Counted from the first letter of the stretch, positions 36,214-47,459 are shown. The stretch: 64,000 nt of DNA from an uncultured Flavobacteriales bacterium (GCA_913046365.1 CAJWRM010000002.1:50815-114814); one strand, 5' to 3'. Translations and numbers: made by a program. Notes: a model not told the origin generated them from the sequence alone.

Positions 36214-36881
36214 TTTTGTTGAATAACTACTCCATTTTCGACCAATAAAGTTTTTGTAGGAAACAGTTTTACAATGGGCATGTCATGAGTAGCCATAAGA
36301 ATAGCAGCATTTTTCTCTTTGGAAACAGCGATCAATAAGCGCATAATTTCCTCTGAAGTTTCAGGGTCAAGGTTCCCGGTAGGTTCATCGGCTAAAATTA
36401 ATTTTGGGTCATTTAATAATGCGCGCGCAATGGATACTCTTTGCTGTTCTCCTCCTGAAAGTTCATGTGGCATTTTTGCTCCTAATTCCTCAAGTCCAAC
36501 CAGCTTTAGACAAGCTATAGCCCGCTCATGAATGTCTTTCTTTTTTTTCCATCCAGTTGCTTTCAAAACAAAATATAGATTTTGTATTATTGTACGGTCC
36601 ATCAGCAACTGAAAGTCTTGAAATACAATCCCAATTTTTCTTCGAAGCATAGGGATATCCCTTCTTTTTAACTTTCTTAAATTAAACGTATCGAAGTTGC
36701 CTTCTCCCTCTTGAAGTGGTAATTCTCCATATAAGGTCTTAAGCAGGCTACTCTTTCCACTTCCCGTTTTTCCGATAAGAAATACGAACTGACCTGCGTC
36801 AATAGTGAGCTCGACATCTGAAAGAATTTCACTTCCTTTCTGAAAAATACCAGCGTTTTTAAGAGTAACTACTTCAGACAT
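36210..36881 (-). CDS. ftsE: Cell division ABC ATPase FtsE-like
   Basis: Walker [10 protein letters not shown], signature [15 protein letters not shown], Walker [12 protein letters not shown]. The start is placed at ATG 36881 (MSEVVTLKN). No ftsX is adjacent. Confidence 0.8.
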   Translation of the reverse strand: MSEVVTLKNAGIFQKGSEILSDVELTIDAGQFVFLIGKTGSGKSSLLKTLYGELPLQEGEGNFDTFNLRKLKRRDIPMLRRKIGIVFQDFQLLMDRTIIQNLYFVLKATGWKKKKDIHERAIACLKLVGLEELGAKMPHELSGGEQQRVSIARALLNDPKLILADEPTGNLDPETSEEIMRLLIAVSKEKNAAILMATHDMPIVKLFPTKTLLVENGVVIQQN

Positions 36882-37008
36882 AAAACTTATGTGTTTATAC
36901 AAAAGTGCAGAATCATCTTCGTGAAAAATTATTTGGTTGAAATTATCTCTTAACAAGGTGAGGTTTAAAACTTTTGAATCGTGCCTCAACTTGGCTTGAT
37001 TGTGAATG

Positions 37009-37016
37009 TAAATTTG
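37009..37016 (+). promoter_or_regulatory. Candidate -7 box TAAATTTG placed 4 nt before the GTG start of the TPR gene
   Basis: Exact TAnnTTTG match. The G is at 37016 and the GTG at 37021. Confidence 0.3.
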
Positions 37017-37020
37017 TTTA

Positions 37021-40000
37021 GTGCGAAAAAGTAGAACATTATTTATTTTAGTGGTTATTACCACGCTCCCTTTTCTGGTTTCTTCCCAAAAAACAGATAA
37101 GTATACTAGTTTATACGACGGATATTTTCGTGGTGAAGAATTCTATGCTAACCTACAATACGGTGCTGCAAAAAAGGAATTTAGATCGTTTATTAATCTT
37201 TGCGATAACTATAATGACCCACTTTATCAAAAGGCATTGTATTATGAAGGATTGTCTGGTTTAGAGCTCTATAATAGTGATGCAATCGACCTTTTGATGA
37301 ATTACAACAGGCTGTATCCAGAAAATATTCACCGTAGTTTCATCAATTTTAAAATAGGGAATTCATTTTTTCAGGATGAAACCTATGATGATGCGCACCT
37401 TTGGCTGAGTAAGCTGACGGCTGGTGATATTGATTCTTCTTTTAAAGAAGAGTTTTATTTTAAGCTCGGTTATTCAGCCCTTCAAAACGAAGATTTTGAA
37501 TCTGCGATTAATGCGTTTCGAGAAAATCTAAATGGGAGCTCACAATATGCTGCGCCAAGTAAGTACTTTTTTGCCCATTTGTGCTATGAAAGGGGTTCTT
37601 ATCAGTTAGCATTAGAGCAATTCTTGGCGCTTGAAAAAAACACAGACTATTGTGGTATTGTACCCTATTACATTGTTCAAATTTATCACAAACAGCATAA
37701 TTATGATGCGGTAATAGATTATGCACCGACTGTTTTGTCTTGTAAGCTCGTCAGCCACGAAAAAGATGTGAATCATATTATAGGAAATGCTTACTATAAC
37801 AAAAGAATGTACTCAGATGCCTTGAGCTACCTTTTGAAGTTTGCAAAAAAATCGAGGTTGACAAGAGATGATGCATATCAGATTGGATATGCACTTTTTG
37901 AAACAAAAGCATACGAGGGAGCTATTGCATACTTGGATCAGGTTGTGCGTGTAGACGATAGCTTAGGTCAAATCTCTATGTACAAAATTGCGGAATGTTA
38001 TCAGCTTAATGAGCAGTTGCTTCCTGCTCGAAGTGCTTTTGAAAATGCATCTCAAATGTCGGCGATTCCAAAAATAAAAGAGGATGCGCTTTATAATTTT
38101 GCTGTAATATCTTTTGCCGTAGATATCAATCCCTATGATGAATCAGTTAGGGCATTTGAAAATTATTTATCTGAATACCCGAGCTCTTCGCGAAAAGAGG
38201 ATGTTTACCAATACCTAATTAATGCTTACAGTTCAACGAGTAATTATAAAAAAGCAATAGAATCGCTTAATAAACTGCCAAAGCTCGATGCACGATTGAA
38301 AAGAGTATATCAAACACTTTCCTTCAACCGGGGTGTTGAGTTATTCCAAAAGCGCTTGTATAATTCCTCTATTGCTGCATTTGCTGCTGTGAATGACCAC
38401 CCTATTGATTTCGAACTCGCCGCTTTATCTCGATATTGGATTGCAGATGCCTATTACAGACAGGACAAAATGCAAGAAGCTATTGCAAATTACAAGCTTT
38501 TCATTGCCGCTCCAGCTTCTAATGCAATACCAGAGAAAATAGATGCTTATTACAACATGGCATACGCATACAAAGAGTTGGGCTCTGATACGAGGGCATC
38601 AGAGAATTTTAGGATTTATTTGCAGTCGAATCCAAACAATACGCGGAAAGAGGTGGATGCCTGCTTTCGTATTGCAGATATTTTTTACCTAAACAAGGAA
38701 AACGCTTTAGCCATTGAGTTTTACCAAAAAGCGCTTTCATATAATACTTCACTCAATGACAAGGCTTTGTATTATCTTGCTAAGACCTATGGCTATAGTG
38801 GTCAAGGAACGGTTAAAGTTGAAAAGCTAAAAGAGATATTGACCTCATATGCTGATTCTAAATATTCAATGAATGCTACCTATGAATTGGCAAATACCTA
38901 CTCTTCTATTGGTAATAATGATGAAGCTTTATTATACTACGATAATCTAATTGTAGACTTCCCCAACTCTCCATTTTTGACACAAGCCAAAATTGGTAAG
39001 GCAAACTGTTATCTGAAAAAATGGCAGTATGAGAAAGCAGAGATTGCTTATTTGAAAGTTCTTTCTGAGCATGAAAACGAAAATGATGTTTGTGAAATAG
39101 CGGCAAAGGGATTAGTTGATGTGTATACCGCGCAACAAAAACCTCAAAAGGCTGCACAGGTCGTTGACAGGTATAGCTGCATTAACTATACGGATGACGA
39201 AAAAGAAAATTTGTTTTATACTCCTGCTCTTCAGGCATATCTTGATACTAATTACACAGAAGCCATTGAGAAGTTTCAGGTATACCTCGGAAGCTTTTCT
39301 GAGAATGGACAATATATTGCCGAAACTTATTATTACATGGGGACATCATACCTAGCGGTTAACGATACTTTGAATGGTATTGAAAACTATGAACGCTTCT
39401 TAGATGCTACGAGCAATTCATATAGTGAAGCGGCAGCAAGACGTGTTTCAACCCATTATTATGGGCTAAAAGACTATCCAAATGCTTTGCAATATTACCA
39501 GCGATTAGAGGATTTAGCTACAACGCCAAGTACCCAATTTATTTCTCGATTTGGAATTATGCGGGCTAGCTATTTTACCGAGGATTATCAAAAAAGCAAG
39601 GTTTATGCTACATTAGTTTTAGAAGCGTCAGTTTTAGATGATGCGCAGCAAGCTGAGGCCAATTATGCTTATGGTATTTCTGCGTTCCGTCTTGAACAAT
39701 ATGAAGAGGCCTTGGTTCCATTGAAATGGTTGGTAGACCATACCACAACATTTATGGGGTCAGAAGCTAAATATACCATGGCTTATATACACTTTCTTCA
39801 AGATGACCTAAATACGGCGAACGTCGAAATCCAGGAGCTCTTAAAAATGAAACCTAGTTACGATTATTGGATCGCAAAGGCATTGATTTTAAAATCTAAA
39901 ATCTTCGTGAAGCAAAAGGATTACGTTCAAGCCGAGCAAAATCTTAAATCAGTTAAAGAGCATTACCCGATACAAGATGATGGTATTATTGAAGAGGCAA

Positions 40001-40095
40001 ATTTATTATGGGCGGAGATTATGATCCTAAAAGAAGCTGAGGAAAACAAGGAGGAAGAGAGTCCAGAAACTAAAATTGAAATAAATGAAGAATAG
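37021..40095 (+). CDS. Large exported tetratricopeptide-repeat protein (1024 aa)
   Basis: Signal peptide MRKSRTLFILVVITTLPFLVSSQ with no lipobox Cys. Repeated A..Y..A/Y...G TPR-like helices run throughout. Confidence 0.8.
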   Translation: MRKSRTLFILVVITTLPFLVSSQKTDKYTSLYDGYFRGEEFYANLQYGAAKKEFRSFINLCDNYNDPLYQKALYYEGLSGLELYNSDAIDLLMNYNRLYPENIHRSFINFKIGNSFFQDETYDDAHLWLSKLTAGDIDSSFKEEFYFKLGYSALQNEDFESAINAFRENLNGSSQYAAPSKYFFAHLCYERGSYQLALEQFLALEKNTDYCGIVPYYIVQIYHKQHNYDAVIDYAPTVLSCKLVSHEKDVNHIIGNAYYNKRMYSDALSYLLKFAKKSRLTRDDAYQIGYALFETKAYEGAIAYLDQVVRVDDSLGQISMYKIAECYQLNEQLLPARSAFENASQMSAIPKIKEDALYNFAVISFAVDINPYDESVRAFENYLSEYPSSSRKEDVYQYLINAYSSTSNYKKAIESLNKLPKLDARLKRVYQTLSFNRGVELFQKRLYNSSIAAFAAVNDHPIDFELAALSRYWIADAYYRQDKMQEAIANYKLFIAAPASNAIPEKIDAYYNMAYAYKELGSDTRASENFRIYLQSNPNNTRKEVDACFRIADIFYLNKENALAIEFYQKALSYNTSLNDKALYYLAKTYGYSGQGTVKVEKLKEILTSYADSKYSMNATYELANTYSSIGNNDEALLYYDNLIVDFPNSPFLTQAKIGKANCYLKKWQYEKAEIAYLKVLSEHENENDVCEIAAKGLVDVYTAQQKPQKAAQVVDRYSCINYTDDEKENLFYTPALQAYLDTNYTEAIEKFQVYLGSFSENGQYIAETYYYMGTSYLAVNDTLNGIENYERFLDATSNSYSEAAARRVSTHYYGLKDYPNALQYYQRLEDLATTPSTQFISRFGIMRASYFTEDYQKSKVYATLVLEASVLDDAQQAEANYAYGISAFRLEQYEEALVPLKWLVDHTTTFMGSEAKYTMAYIHFLQDDLNTANVEIQELLKMKPSYDYWIAKALILKSKIFVKQKDYVQAEQNLKSVKEHYPIQDDGIIEEANLLWAEIMILKEAEENKEEESPETKIEINEE

Positions 40096-41818
40096 CCGAC
40101 TATATTTATTGCTTTGCTTTCTTTTTGTCCTTTTCCAAGTAAGCTATTCCCAACCTCCAGATGTTACTATTGATGGTAAGGGAAGTAGACAGGTAGAGCC
40201 GGCGAACCGGCTTACGCTATCTCCTCAAATTATAGATACTGTTAAACCTTCTGCCGTTGCTTCATATCCCTTGTTGGCGTACTTATATCCTACACAAATT
40301 AGGCTCACGCCTATTAAAGCAGCGGAAATTGAAACTACGGAAAAGCTTCGTCAGCTTTATCCCTTTTATGCTAAAATAGGAATGGGATCAGGGGTGATGC
40401 CTTTAGGTCAATTCATATATAATTCAACGAGGTCAAAAGGGTATCAATATGGCGTAAAGGTTGACCACATTAGCTCTTTTGCAAAAATAAAGGATAGAAA
40501 TAGTATAGCTTACGCTCCGGCAAATTATGATAGAACAGGTGCCACTTTATATGGTAAAATAGTAGACAACACCTACATGATTAATGGGGAATTCAATTAT
40601 TTAAACAATGGTTTTAATTATTACGGCATTCCGTCTGATACGATTGATAAATCATTGATTTCACAGCGGTTTCAGAGGATCGGCACCAACATAGGTTATG
40701 TTTCTGACTTTGGTGACAGTGCTGTAATGAATTATGCTGTGGATTTGGGATATCATTATTTACAAACCGCATTGCCATTTGAAGATTCTTTGGACGAATG
40801 GAGGACAGCAGAGCACAACGCAAAGCTAAATATCAAAGGTTGGTATAATTATAAATCAGAGGAGTTTTATGCTAATTTGGGGATGCGTTTGAATAATTAT
40901 CGTTTTGGAGTTGAGGATTCAATTGTTAGTTTGCCTTTGGATTCGGGCCGTATAAGATCCAATACAATAGTTGATTTTAAGCCAGGTGTATTGACACAAC
41001 TAATGGAAAATAGATTTAAACTAGATTTAGGGTTTTCAATGGCCTTGGACATAGGTGAGGAGACACAGTTTTTTATCTATCCACAGGCCGAAATTAAGTA
41101 TTCTCTGTTTAACGATATATTCATTCCGTTCGCGGGAATACGAGGAGGGCTATCACAAAATTCGTTCTCATCTTTATCGCAAACGAATCAATTTTTAGCA
41201 CCTTCTGTAAAACTTATAAACGAAAACAACCCCTATGATATTTATGGTGGAATAAAAGGGACATTAAGTAAAAGAATGGGCTTTAATGCAAATGTGAGCT
41301 TTAAGAAAATCACCAATAAAGCATTCTTTGTCACCGATACATTGTCTGCATTTAGGAATAAGTTTGGATTGATATATGATACGCTTAACCATACGCGCAT
41401 TGAGGCGTCTCTTTTTTATCAACTCGATGAAAAATTAAAGATTGATGGCTTGGCGCGCTATAATTCATACGAAACCTTAAATGAGGCATATGCATGGAAT
41501 TTACCTGTTTTAGAGTTTCAGTTCAGAGCGGCATATAATTTATTTGATAAGTTCATGTTTAATTTGGATGGGCATATCGAAACCGGCAGAAAGGCATTGG
41601 TTTATGAAATGCTCGACGGCGCGGAAGAGATCGATGGTCAATATTATATTGGTCTTGGTGGAATTGTTGATTTTAATTTAGGGATTTCATATAGATACAA
41701 TAAGCGAGTTACTGCTTTCTTGCAACTCAATAATATGCTGTCTCAGCGTTACAATGAGTGGTACAATTACCCTGTTCAACCTATACAGGTAATGGGTGGC
41801 GTCTCATTTAGATTCTAA
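40085..41818 (+). CDS. Putative outer-membrane beta-barrel (porin-like) protein
   Basis: Signal peptide, alternating beta-strand pattern, C-terminal GGVSFRF. The start overlaps the TPR gene end by 11 nt. Confidence 0.6.
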   Translation: MKNSRLYLLLCFLFVLFQVSYSQPPDVTIDGKGSRQVEPANRLTLSPQIIDTVKPSAVASYPLLAYLYPTQIRLTPIKAAEIETTEKLRQLYPFYAKIGMGSGVMPLGQFIYNSTRSKGYQYGVKVDHISSFAKIKDRNSIAYAPANYDRTGATLYGKIVDNTYMINGEFNYLNNGFNYYGIPSDTIDKSLISQRFQRIGTNIGYVSDFGDSAVMNYAVDLGYHYLQTALPFEDSLDEWRTAEHNAKLNIKGWYNYKSEEFYANLGMRLNNYRFGVEDSIVSLPLDSGRIRSNTIVDFKPGVLTQLMENRFKLDLGFSMALDIGEETQFFIYPQAEIKYSLFNDIFIPFAGIRGGLSQNSFSSLSQTNQFLAPSVKLINENNPYDIYGGIKGTLSKRMGFNANVSFKKITNKAFFVTDTLSAFRNKFGLIYDTLNHTRIEASLFYQLDEKLKIDGLARYNSYETLNEAYAWNLPVLEFQFRAAYNLFDKFMFNLDGHIETGRKALVYEMLDGAEEIDGQYYIGLGGIVDFNLGISYRYNKRVTAFLQLNNMLSQRYNEWYNYPVQPIQVMGGVSFRF

Positions 41819-41829
41819 ATTAAATAGAA

Positions 41830-42846
41830 GTGAAATCAGAAGCGATTTTCTTGGTCAAAAAGGGAGATGCGAAGGATGCTTTTTTGCGAAAAGAGATTAC
41901 TTTACCTGCACTTAAAAAAGGAGAGGTCATTATTAAAAGTGAAGCATTTGGTTTGAATTACGCCGATGTGATGGCGCGTAACGGCCTGTACCGAGAAGCA
42001 CCACCGATGCCATGTGTAATTGGATATGAAGTAGTCGGAGAGGTTTTATCTATAGGGCCAGAAGGGAATGCTGATTTAATTGGGAAACGAGTGCTTGCAT
42101 TTTGTAGATTTGGCGGCTACGGCCGGCACGTTATTACAACCGAACTGGCTTTGGTATTGATTGATGACTTGCCGTCTTCGGAGGTTTTAGCGTTGAGTAC
42201 TCAAGGTGTAACAGCGTATTACATGACCGACTATCTTGCTCCTATTCAGCCTGGTGAGCGTGTTTTGATTCATGCGGCAGCAGGTGGAGTTGGCACACTT
42301 TTGGTTCAGCTTGCAAAGCGAAGAGGAGCAGAAGTTATTGCTAAAGTAGGTTCAACTGAAAAAGAAGTAATCGTTAAAAATCTTGGTGCAGATCAGGTAA
42401 TCAATTACAAAACAAAAGATTATGTTGAGGAGATAAATAGCACGACCAAGCTTGATGTGAGCTTTAACCCCGTAGGAGGTTCAACATTTAAAAAAGATTG
42501 GAATCATTTGGCCCCAGGCGGGAAACTTTATTTATTTGGAGGTGCCGAGCTTTCTAGTCGTTTTGGTATTTTTTCTTCTTTAAATTTTCTGAGGAAGATG
42601 GGAATTCTTATACCGGCTGCTTTGATGATGACTTCGAAAAGTATATTAGGTGTAAATATGTTGAAAATTGCTGATGAAAAGCCTGCAATTATGCAAGATT
42701 GCTTAATTCAACTTATGGAGCTCTATTTGCATAAAAAGATCAAAGTTATTGTAGATAAAGTATACAATGTCAACGATATTTCATCAGCCCACACATATCT
42801 AGAGAGCGGATCCTCGATCGGAAAAATTTCTATTGTTTGGGATTAG
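41830..42846 (+). CDS. Medium-chain (zinc-type) dehydrogenase/reductase, quinone oxidoreductase-like
   Basis: GLNYADVMARNGLY and the nucleotide-binding AAAGGVGTLLVQLAK. Confidence 0.8.
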   Translation: MKSEAIFLVKKGDAKDAFLRKEITLPALKKGEVIIKSEAFGLNYADVMARNGLYREAPPMPCVIGYEVVGEVLSIGPEGNADLIGKRVLAFCRFGGYGRHVITTELALVLIDDLPSSEVLALSTQGVTAYYMTDYLAPIQPGERVLIHAAAGGVGTLLVQLAKRRGAEVIAKVGSTEKEVIVKNLGADQVINYKTKDYVEEINSTTKLDVSFNPVGGSTFKKDWNHLAPGGKLYLFGGAELSSRFGIFSSLNFLRKMGILIPAALMMTSKSILGVNMLKIADEKPAIMQDCLIQLMELYLHKKIKVIVDKVYNVNDISSAHTYLESGSSIGKISIVWD

Positions 42847-43088
42847 CTTTTCTTGACGAAAAGTCCGGATAGACGGGATTTGATTTGTTCACGGAAGAGA
42901 AACATCAAAATTAAATACGGAATTATCATTAGAAAAAGAATACCCGAGTTGATGTTGCTTCCAAAAGAAGCCTCCTCCAAACCACTCCCTTGCTCCGCTA
43001 ATAGCTTACATTGAGAGCAACCCTGTGCCCAAATTGATTGGGTCGTCGTTACGATTAAAACAAGAAAAAGCAACACTTTAATTTTCAA
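42843..43088 (-). CDS. Small exported/membrane protein with CxxC motif
   Basis: Signal peptide, GCSQCK, and one C-terminal TM helix (GILFLMIIPYLILMFLF). Confidence 0.45.
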   Translation of the reverse strand: MKIKVLLFLVLIVTTTQSIWAQGCSQCKLLAEQGSGLEEASFGSNINSGILFLMIIPYLILMFLFREQIKSRLSGLFVKKS

Positions 43089-43162
43089 AATTTGTCCTCC
43101 TAATTATATAGTTCAAAGGTACAAAATGCTTTATGCAAAACAAAATACCCTAACTTTACATT

Positions 43163-44293
43163 ATGAAAAATTTATTGTTTGTTTGCTCAATGATAAGCGT
43201 CCTCTTTGCTTGTGGCGATGTAGAGGAAGCAGCTTTAAAAAGTACAGATACTCTTGTCGCAGTGCCTAATGAATCTTATGCTGAATCAAGAATTCGTTTG
43301 AATCAAACCCTTGAAGCTTCACCCAATAATGTTAAATCCTTATTAGAAAGTGCAAGTCTAGCTTTAGAGCACTACGACTATGCTTTGGCATATTCTGATG
43401 CAGCTAAGGCATTTCGCATAGACAGCACGAGCAACCGCGCAAGAATGATGTACGCATTGGCGATCATCAATCAAGGAAATAGAACTGTTTCTGACATCAG
43501 CAGAGCACAAAGGTATTTACAAATTGTTGTCCAAAATGAGGCCCAAAATGCAAAGGCGATGGTTGGTCTTGCAAACACATATGCCTTACAGCAAGATTTT
43601 GACGAAGCGAGAATTTGGATTGATAATGCACTTGATCAGTCTCCTAAATTTTTTGATGCACATGTTTTAAAAGGGAGTATGTATAAGGTTTTATCTGCCG
43701 CTTTAAATGGCGAAGATGGATCTCAATCTCTTTCTCGAGCCTACATGGATTCTGCCATCAATACCTACTCGAGGGTAAGTCAATATTATCCAGATAAACC
43801 AGAAATTTATATTGAATTAGGCATATTGTTTCAGCAGTTGAATAATGAACGTTGCGTGGATCATTTTTACTCCGCTGTGCAGCTGGAACCAAAAAATATT
43901 GATTACAAATATGCTCTAGCATATGCTTATGGATTATTTGGTCAAGAGCGATTGGCAATGCATGTTTACGAGGAAATGCAGGAGCTTGATTCTTTGTATT
44001 CTGAGGCTTACTGCCAGATGGGTCAGATTTACCAGAAAAAATATGGTGAACTCGATAGCGCATTGAATATGTATAGAGAAGTCGTCGCTATTGATCCGAA
44101 TCATATAGATGCTTATGTGAACATGGGTGTTATTTATGCTGAAAAAAAAGCGTACACAAGGGCATTGAAGAGTTATTCTAAAGCACTTTCAATTCTACCG
44201 GAAGACAGAGGGCCTTTTATGCCTCTTAGTACCTTTGTTGAAAATCAGAATTTAGCAAGGGAATATGCTGATGAAATCAAAGATAAATTGTGA
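43163..44293 (+). CDS. TPR-repeat lipoprotein
   Basis: Lipobox LFAC at residues ~13-16, with TPR-like repeats throughout. Confidence 0.7.
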   Translation: MKNLLFVCSMISVLFACGDVEEAALKSTDTLVAVPNESYAESRIRLNQTLEASPNNVKSLLESASLALEHYDYALAYSDAAKAFRIDSTSNRARMMYALAIINQGNRTVSDISRAQRYLQIVVQNEAQNAKAMVGLANTYALQQDFDEARIWIDNALDQSPKFFDAHVLKGSMYKVLSAALNGEDGSQSLSRAYMDSAINTYSRVSQYYPDKPEIYIELGILFQQLNNERCVDHFYSAVQLEPKNIDYKYALAYAYGLFGQERLAMHVYEEMQELDSLYSEAYCQMGQIYQKKYGELDSALNMYREVVAIDPNHIDAYVNMGVIYAEKKAYTRALKSYSKALSILPEDRGPFMPLSTFVENQNLAREYADEIKDKL

Positions 44294-44865
44294 AAAAAGT
44301 TGAAATAATTAGCGCAATTCTTGGAGATGCAGCACTTCCATTAGTGGGCTTTTTATTTTGGGATTGGGGATTTTATTTTATTGTCTTATTCTTTCTTTTC
44401 GACCTGGGTATTCGTATACTTTTTTTAAGGAAAAAAACAGCTCTTTTACCCTCTATTATTTTACCAAAAGGATTTTTTTTGAAAGGCATTGGATTGGTTA
44501 TATTGGAGATAGCGCTTTTACATTTACTCGTTTATTTTAGTTTCAAGTCCATAAGCTTTATCGCTGAATTTTGGGCCTTTTTGAGTTATGAGGAACTTGG
44601 AATTGCACAAGGTGTTCTCTTGCTTCCATTGCTTTTTTTGAATGAGATAATCCGAATAAGGAATGAAAAAAAAATAGGAGTTCCACAGAATGTACGTTTT
44701 GAAATTTTGAAAAACAGCCAGCTTGCGGGATTATTTCGAATTTTGTTTTGGTCGATTCTACTCCTGGTAACAGTGCTTTTTTCAATATCCGAAACGACTC
44801 TTGTTTCGATTCTAATTTTAACCCTATGTATTCAGCCATTTTGGATCTACAGAAATATATCATGA
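44290..44865 (+). CDS. Hypothetical polytopic membrane protein
   Basis: 5-6 hydrophobic helices. The GTG start overlaps the stop of the upstream gene (GTGA). Confidence 0.5.
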   Translation: MKKVEIISAILGDAALPLVGFLFWDWGFYFIVLFFLFDLGIRILFLRKKTALLPSIILPKGFFLKGIGLVILEIALLHLLVYFSFKSISFIAEFWAFLSYEELGIAQGVLLLPLLFLNEIIRIRNEKKIGVPQNVRFEILKNSQLAGLFRILFWSILLLVTVLFSISETTLVSILILTLCIQPFWIYRNIS

Positions 44866-44926
44866 AGCGAAGGGATTTAGAGGGATAATTTAAATTTTAC
44901 CTTATTTTTGTTAAGCTACATTTACT

Positions 44927-46468
44927 ATGGAGAAAAATCAAGAGTTACAAAATAAAAGAAATAAATCCTTCGAGGGAGGAGGTGCTGAACGTCTTCAGCG
45001 TCAGCACAAACAAGGTAAGCTCAGTGCAAGAGAGCGTATTACTGTTCTTCTAGACGAATCAAGCTTCCACGAAATTGGTGGATTTGTAGAGCATCGCTCA
45101 ACTGCATTTGGCTTGGATAAGCAGAAAATCCCAGGAGACGGTGTTGTTTCTGGATATGGAACAATTCATGGAAGGCTAGTCTATGTTTTTTCTCAGGATT
45201 TTACTGTCTTGGGAGGTTCTCTTTCGGAAACCCATGCTGCAAAAATTTGTAGAATCATGGATATGGCGCTTAAAAACGGTGCTCCGCTTATCGGATTAAA
45301 TGATTCGGGTGGAGCGAGAATACAAGAAGGAGTGGTGTCTCTTGCAGGATATGCTGACATTTTCTACCGAAATACAAGAGCTTCTGGAGTCATTCCTCAG
45401 CTTTCTGTGATTATGGGGCCTTGCGCAGGTGGTGCTGTTTATTCACCAGCTTTGACAGATTTTGTTTTTATGGTAGAGGATACTTCCTACATGTTTGTAA
45501 CAGGTCCTAATGTGGTTAAAACAGTGACCCATGAGGAGGTAAGCTCTGAGGATTTAGGTGGCGCAAAGACGCATGCTGAAAAATCAGGAGTAAACCATTT
45601 TACTTCAGGAAATGATGTTGAGTGCTTAAAAAGTGTTAGAGATTTGATGAGCTATCTTCCTCAAAACGCAGAGGAGGAAGCACCGCATCCTAGTTCTTTT
45701 ACATTTGACCTTAAAAAAGAAGAAGCTATAAGTGAAATTCTACCTGAGAATTCAAGCATTCCCTATGATATTAGAAAAGTAATTGATAGTGTTATTGATG
45801 ATGCATCTTTTAGAGAGGTCCACAAGGATTTTGCAACAAATATAGTAGTTGGTTTTGCCCGTGTTGAGGGACGAACAATTGGTGTAGTTGCCAATCAACC
45901 CGCATCTCTTGCTGGAGTTTTGGATATAGATTCGTCCCGGAAAGGTGCTCGTTTTGTGCGTTTCTGTGATTCATTTAATATTCCTTTACTTGTATTTGAG
46001 GATGTTCCAGGATTCCTCCCGGGAACGGATCAAGAGTGGAGAGGGATTATTACACATGGTGCAAAGCTATTGTATGCATTCTCTGAGGCTACTGTTCCGA
46101 GAATTACGGTCATTACGCGTAAGGCGTATGGAGGAGCATTTGATGTGATGAACTCAAAAAGTATAGGATCTGACTTAAACTTTGCTTGGCCGACGGCTGA
46201 AATCGCTGTCATGGGAGCCAAAGGTGCCGCAGAGATTATCTTTAAAAGAGAGATTGCAAATAGTGACGTTCCGCAAAAAAAATGGCTTGAGAAAGAGGCT
46301 GAATACGCCGAGCTTTTCGCTAATCCATATAGAGCAGCTGAAAGGGGAATAGTTGATGAGGTTATTTTTCCCAACGAGACCCGAAGCAGAGTTATATCAG
46401 GATTCAAAATGCTGGAAAATAAAAATGAGTCATTACCTCCGAAAAAACATGGAAATATACCTTTATAA
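44927..46468 (+). CDS. Acyl-CoA carboxylase carboxyltransferase (beta) subunit, propionyl-/methylmalonyl-CoA type
   Basis: [27 protein letters not shown], and a second CT domain [12 protein letters not shown]...[10 protein letters not shown]. Confidence 0.9.
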   Translation: MEKNQELQNKRNKSFEGGGAERLQRQHKQGKLSARERITVLLDESSFHEIGGFVEHRSTAFGLDKQKIPGDGVVSGYGTIHGRLVYVFSQDFTVLGGSLSETHAAKICRIMDMALKNGAPLIGLNDSGGARIQEGVVSLAGYADIFYRNTRASGVIPQLSVIMGPCAGGAVYSPALTDFVFMVEDTSYMFVTGPNVVKTVTHEEVSSEDLGGAKTHAEKSGVNHFTSGNDVECLKSVRDLMSYLPQNAEEEAPHPSSFTFDLKKEEAISEILPENSSIPYDIRKVIDSVIDDASFREVHKDFATNIVVGFARVEGRTIGVVANQPASLAGVLDIDSSRKGARFVRFCDSFNIPLLVFEDVPGFLPGTDQEWRGIITHGAKLLYAFSEATVPRITVITRKAYGGAFDVMNSKSIGSDLNFAWPTAEIAVMGAKGAAEIIFKREIANSDVPQKKWLEKEAEYAELFANPYRAAERGIVDEVIFPNETRSRVISGFKMLENKNESLPPKKHGNIPL

Positions 46469-46478
46469 ATAGAAAAAA

Positions 46479-47459
46479 ATGAAAGATTTAATATACGCTT
46501 TCCCCGATAATATAAAAGAGGCCATTGCGATTGCTGAGGCTTCCGAATTGAAGAAACCGTCGAATAATATTAATAATATTGTTATGTGTGGGCTTGGAGG
46601 CTCGGGAATTGGTGCGAAAATGGTTGCCAATTGGTTGCAAGATGAAATGCAGGTACCCGTATCCTTAGTAAATGATTATACATTGCCTGCATATGTCGAT
46701 AAAAACACATTGGTGATTGGTTCTAGCTATTCTGGAAACACCGAAGAAACGACAATAGCTATTGAAGAAGCAATGGCAAGGGGTTGTCATATTATAGGAA
46801 TATGTAGTGGAGGAAAATTGGAACAATTTTGTAAAAATAATGGATATGATTGCATTCTTGTTCCTGGAGGAAATCCGCCAAGAAGCGCGCTTGCCTACTC
46901 TTTGATTCAGCTCTTGCATATATTTAGTACACTTGGTTTTGTTTCTGATCATAAAAGTGAAATGCTAAAAGCAGGTTCATATATCGAAGCAAATCAGGAA
47001 GAAATTCACACTTTGGCAAAAGAAATGGCCACACACCTCTTTGGAAAGGTTGGTGTGTATTATGCTGAAACTAAATATGAGGGTGTCATTGTTCGAGCGC
47101 GGCAGCAGTTTAATGAAAACTCAAAATATTTGGGCTGGCATCATGTTATTCCTGAAATGAATCACAATGAGCTTGTAGGTTGGTCTGGCGGTGATGACAG
47201 ATTTGCACCAATATTTTTTAACACTGGAGACCTCCATCCTAGAAATTACAAAAGGTTTGAAATTTCTAAGGCGGCCATTGAAAAGAAATGTGGAAAAGTA
47301 TTGGATGTTTCAGCGAAGGGAGATTCGTTTATTGAGCGTTCTATTTACCTCATCAATATTGTGGATTGGGCCTCCTATTATTTATGTGAAATGAATGGTG
47401 CGGATATTATTGATATTGAAATAATTGATTATTTAAAAGGGGAATTGGCGAAGTTTTAA
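46479..47459 (+). CDS. Bifunctional phosphoglucose/phosphomannose isomerase-like SIS domain protein
   Basis: GLGGSGIGAKM and SYSGNTEET SIS motifs. ~326 aa. Confidence 0.7.
   Translation: MKDLIYAFPDNIKEAIAIAEASELKKPSNNINNIVMCGLGGSGIGAKMVANWLQDEMQVPVSLVNDYTLPAYVDKNTLVIGSSYSGNTEETTIAIEEAMARGCHIIGICSGGKLEQFCKNNGYDCILVPGGNPPRSALAYSLIQLLHIFSTLGFVSDHKSEMLKAGSYIEANQEEIHTLAKEMATHLFGKVGVYYAETKYEGVIVRARQQFNENSKYLGWHHVIPEMNHNELVGWSGGDDRFAPIFFNTGDLHPRNYKRFEISKAAIEKKCGKVLDVSAKGDSFIERSIYLINIVDWASYYLCEMNGADIIDIEIIDYLKGELAKF

Noticed and set aside
46030-46407. 125-aa minus-strand ORF inside the carboxyltransferase gene
   Set aside because: It is a shadow ORF opposite a highly conserved CDS, and its product has no recognisable features.
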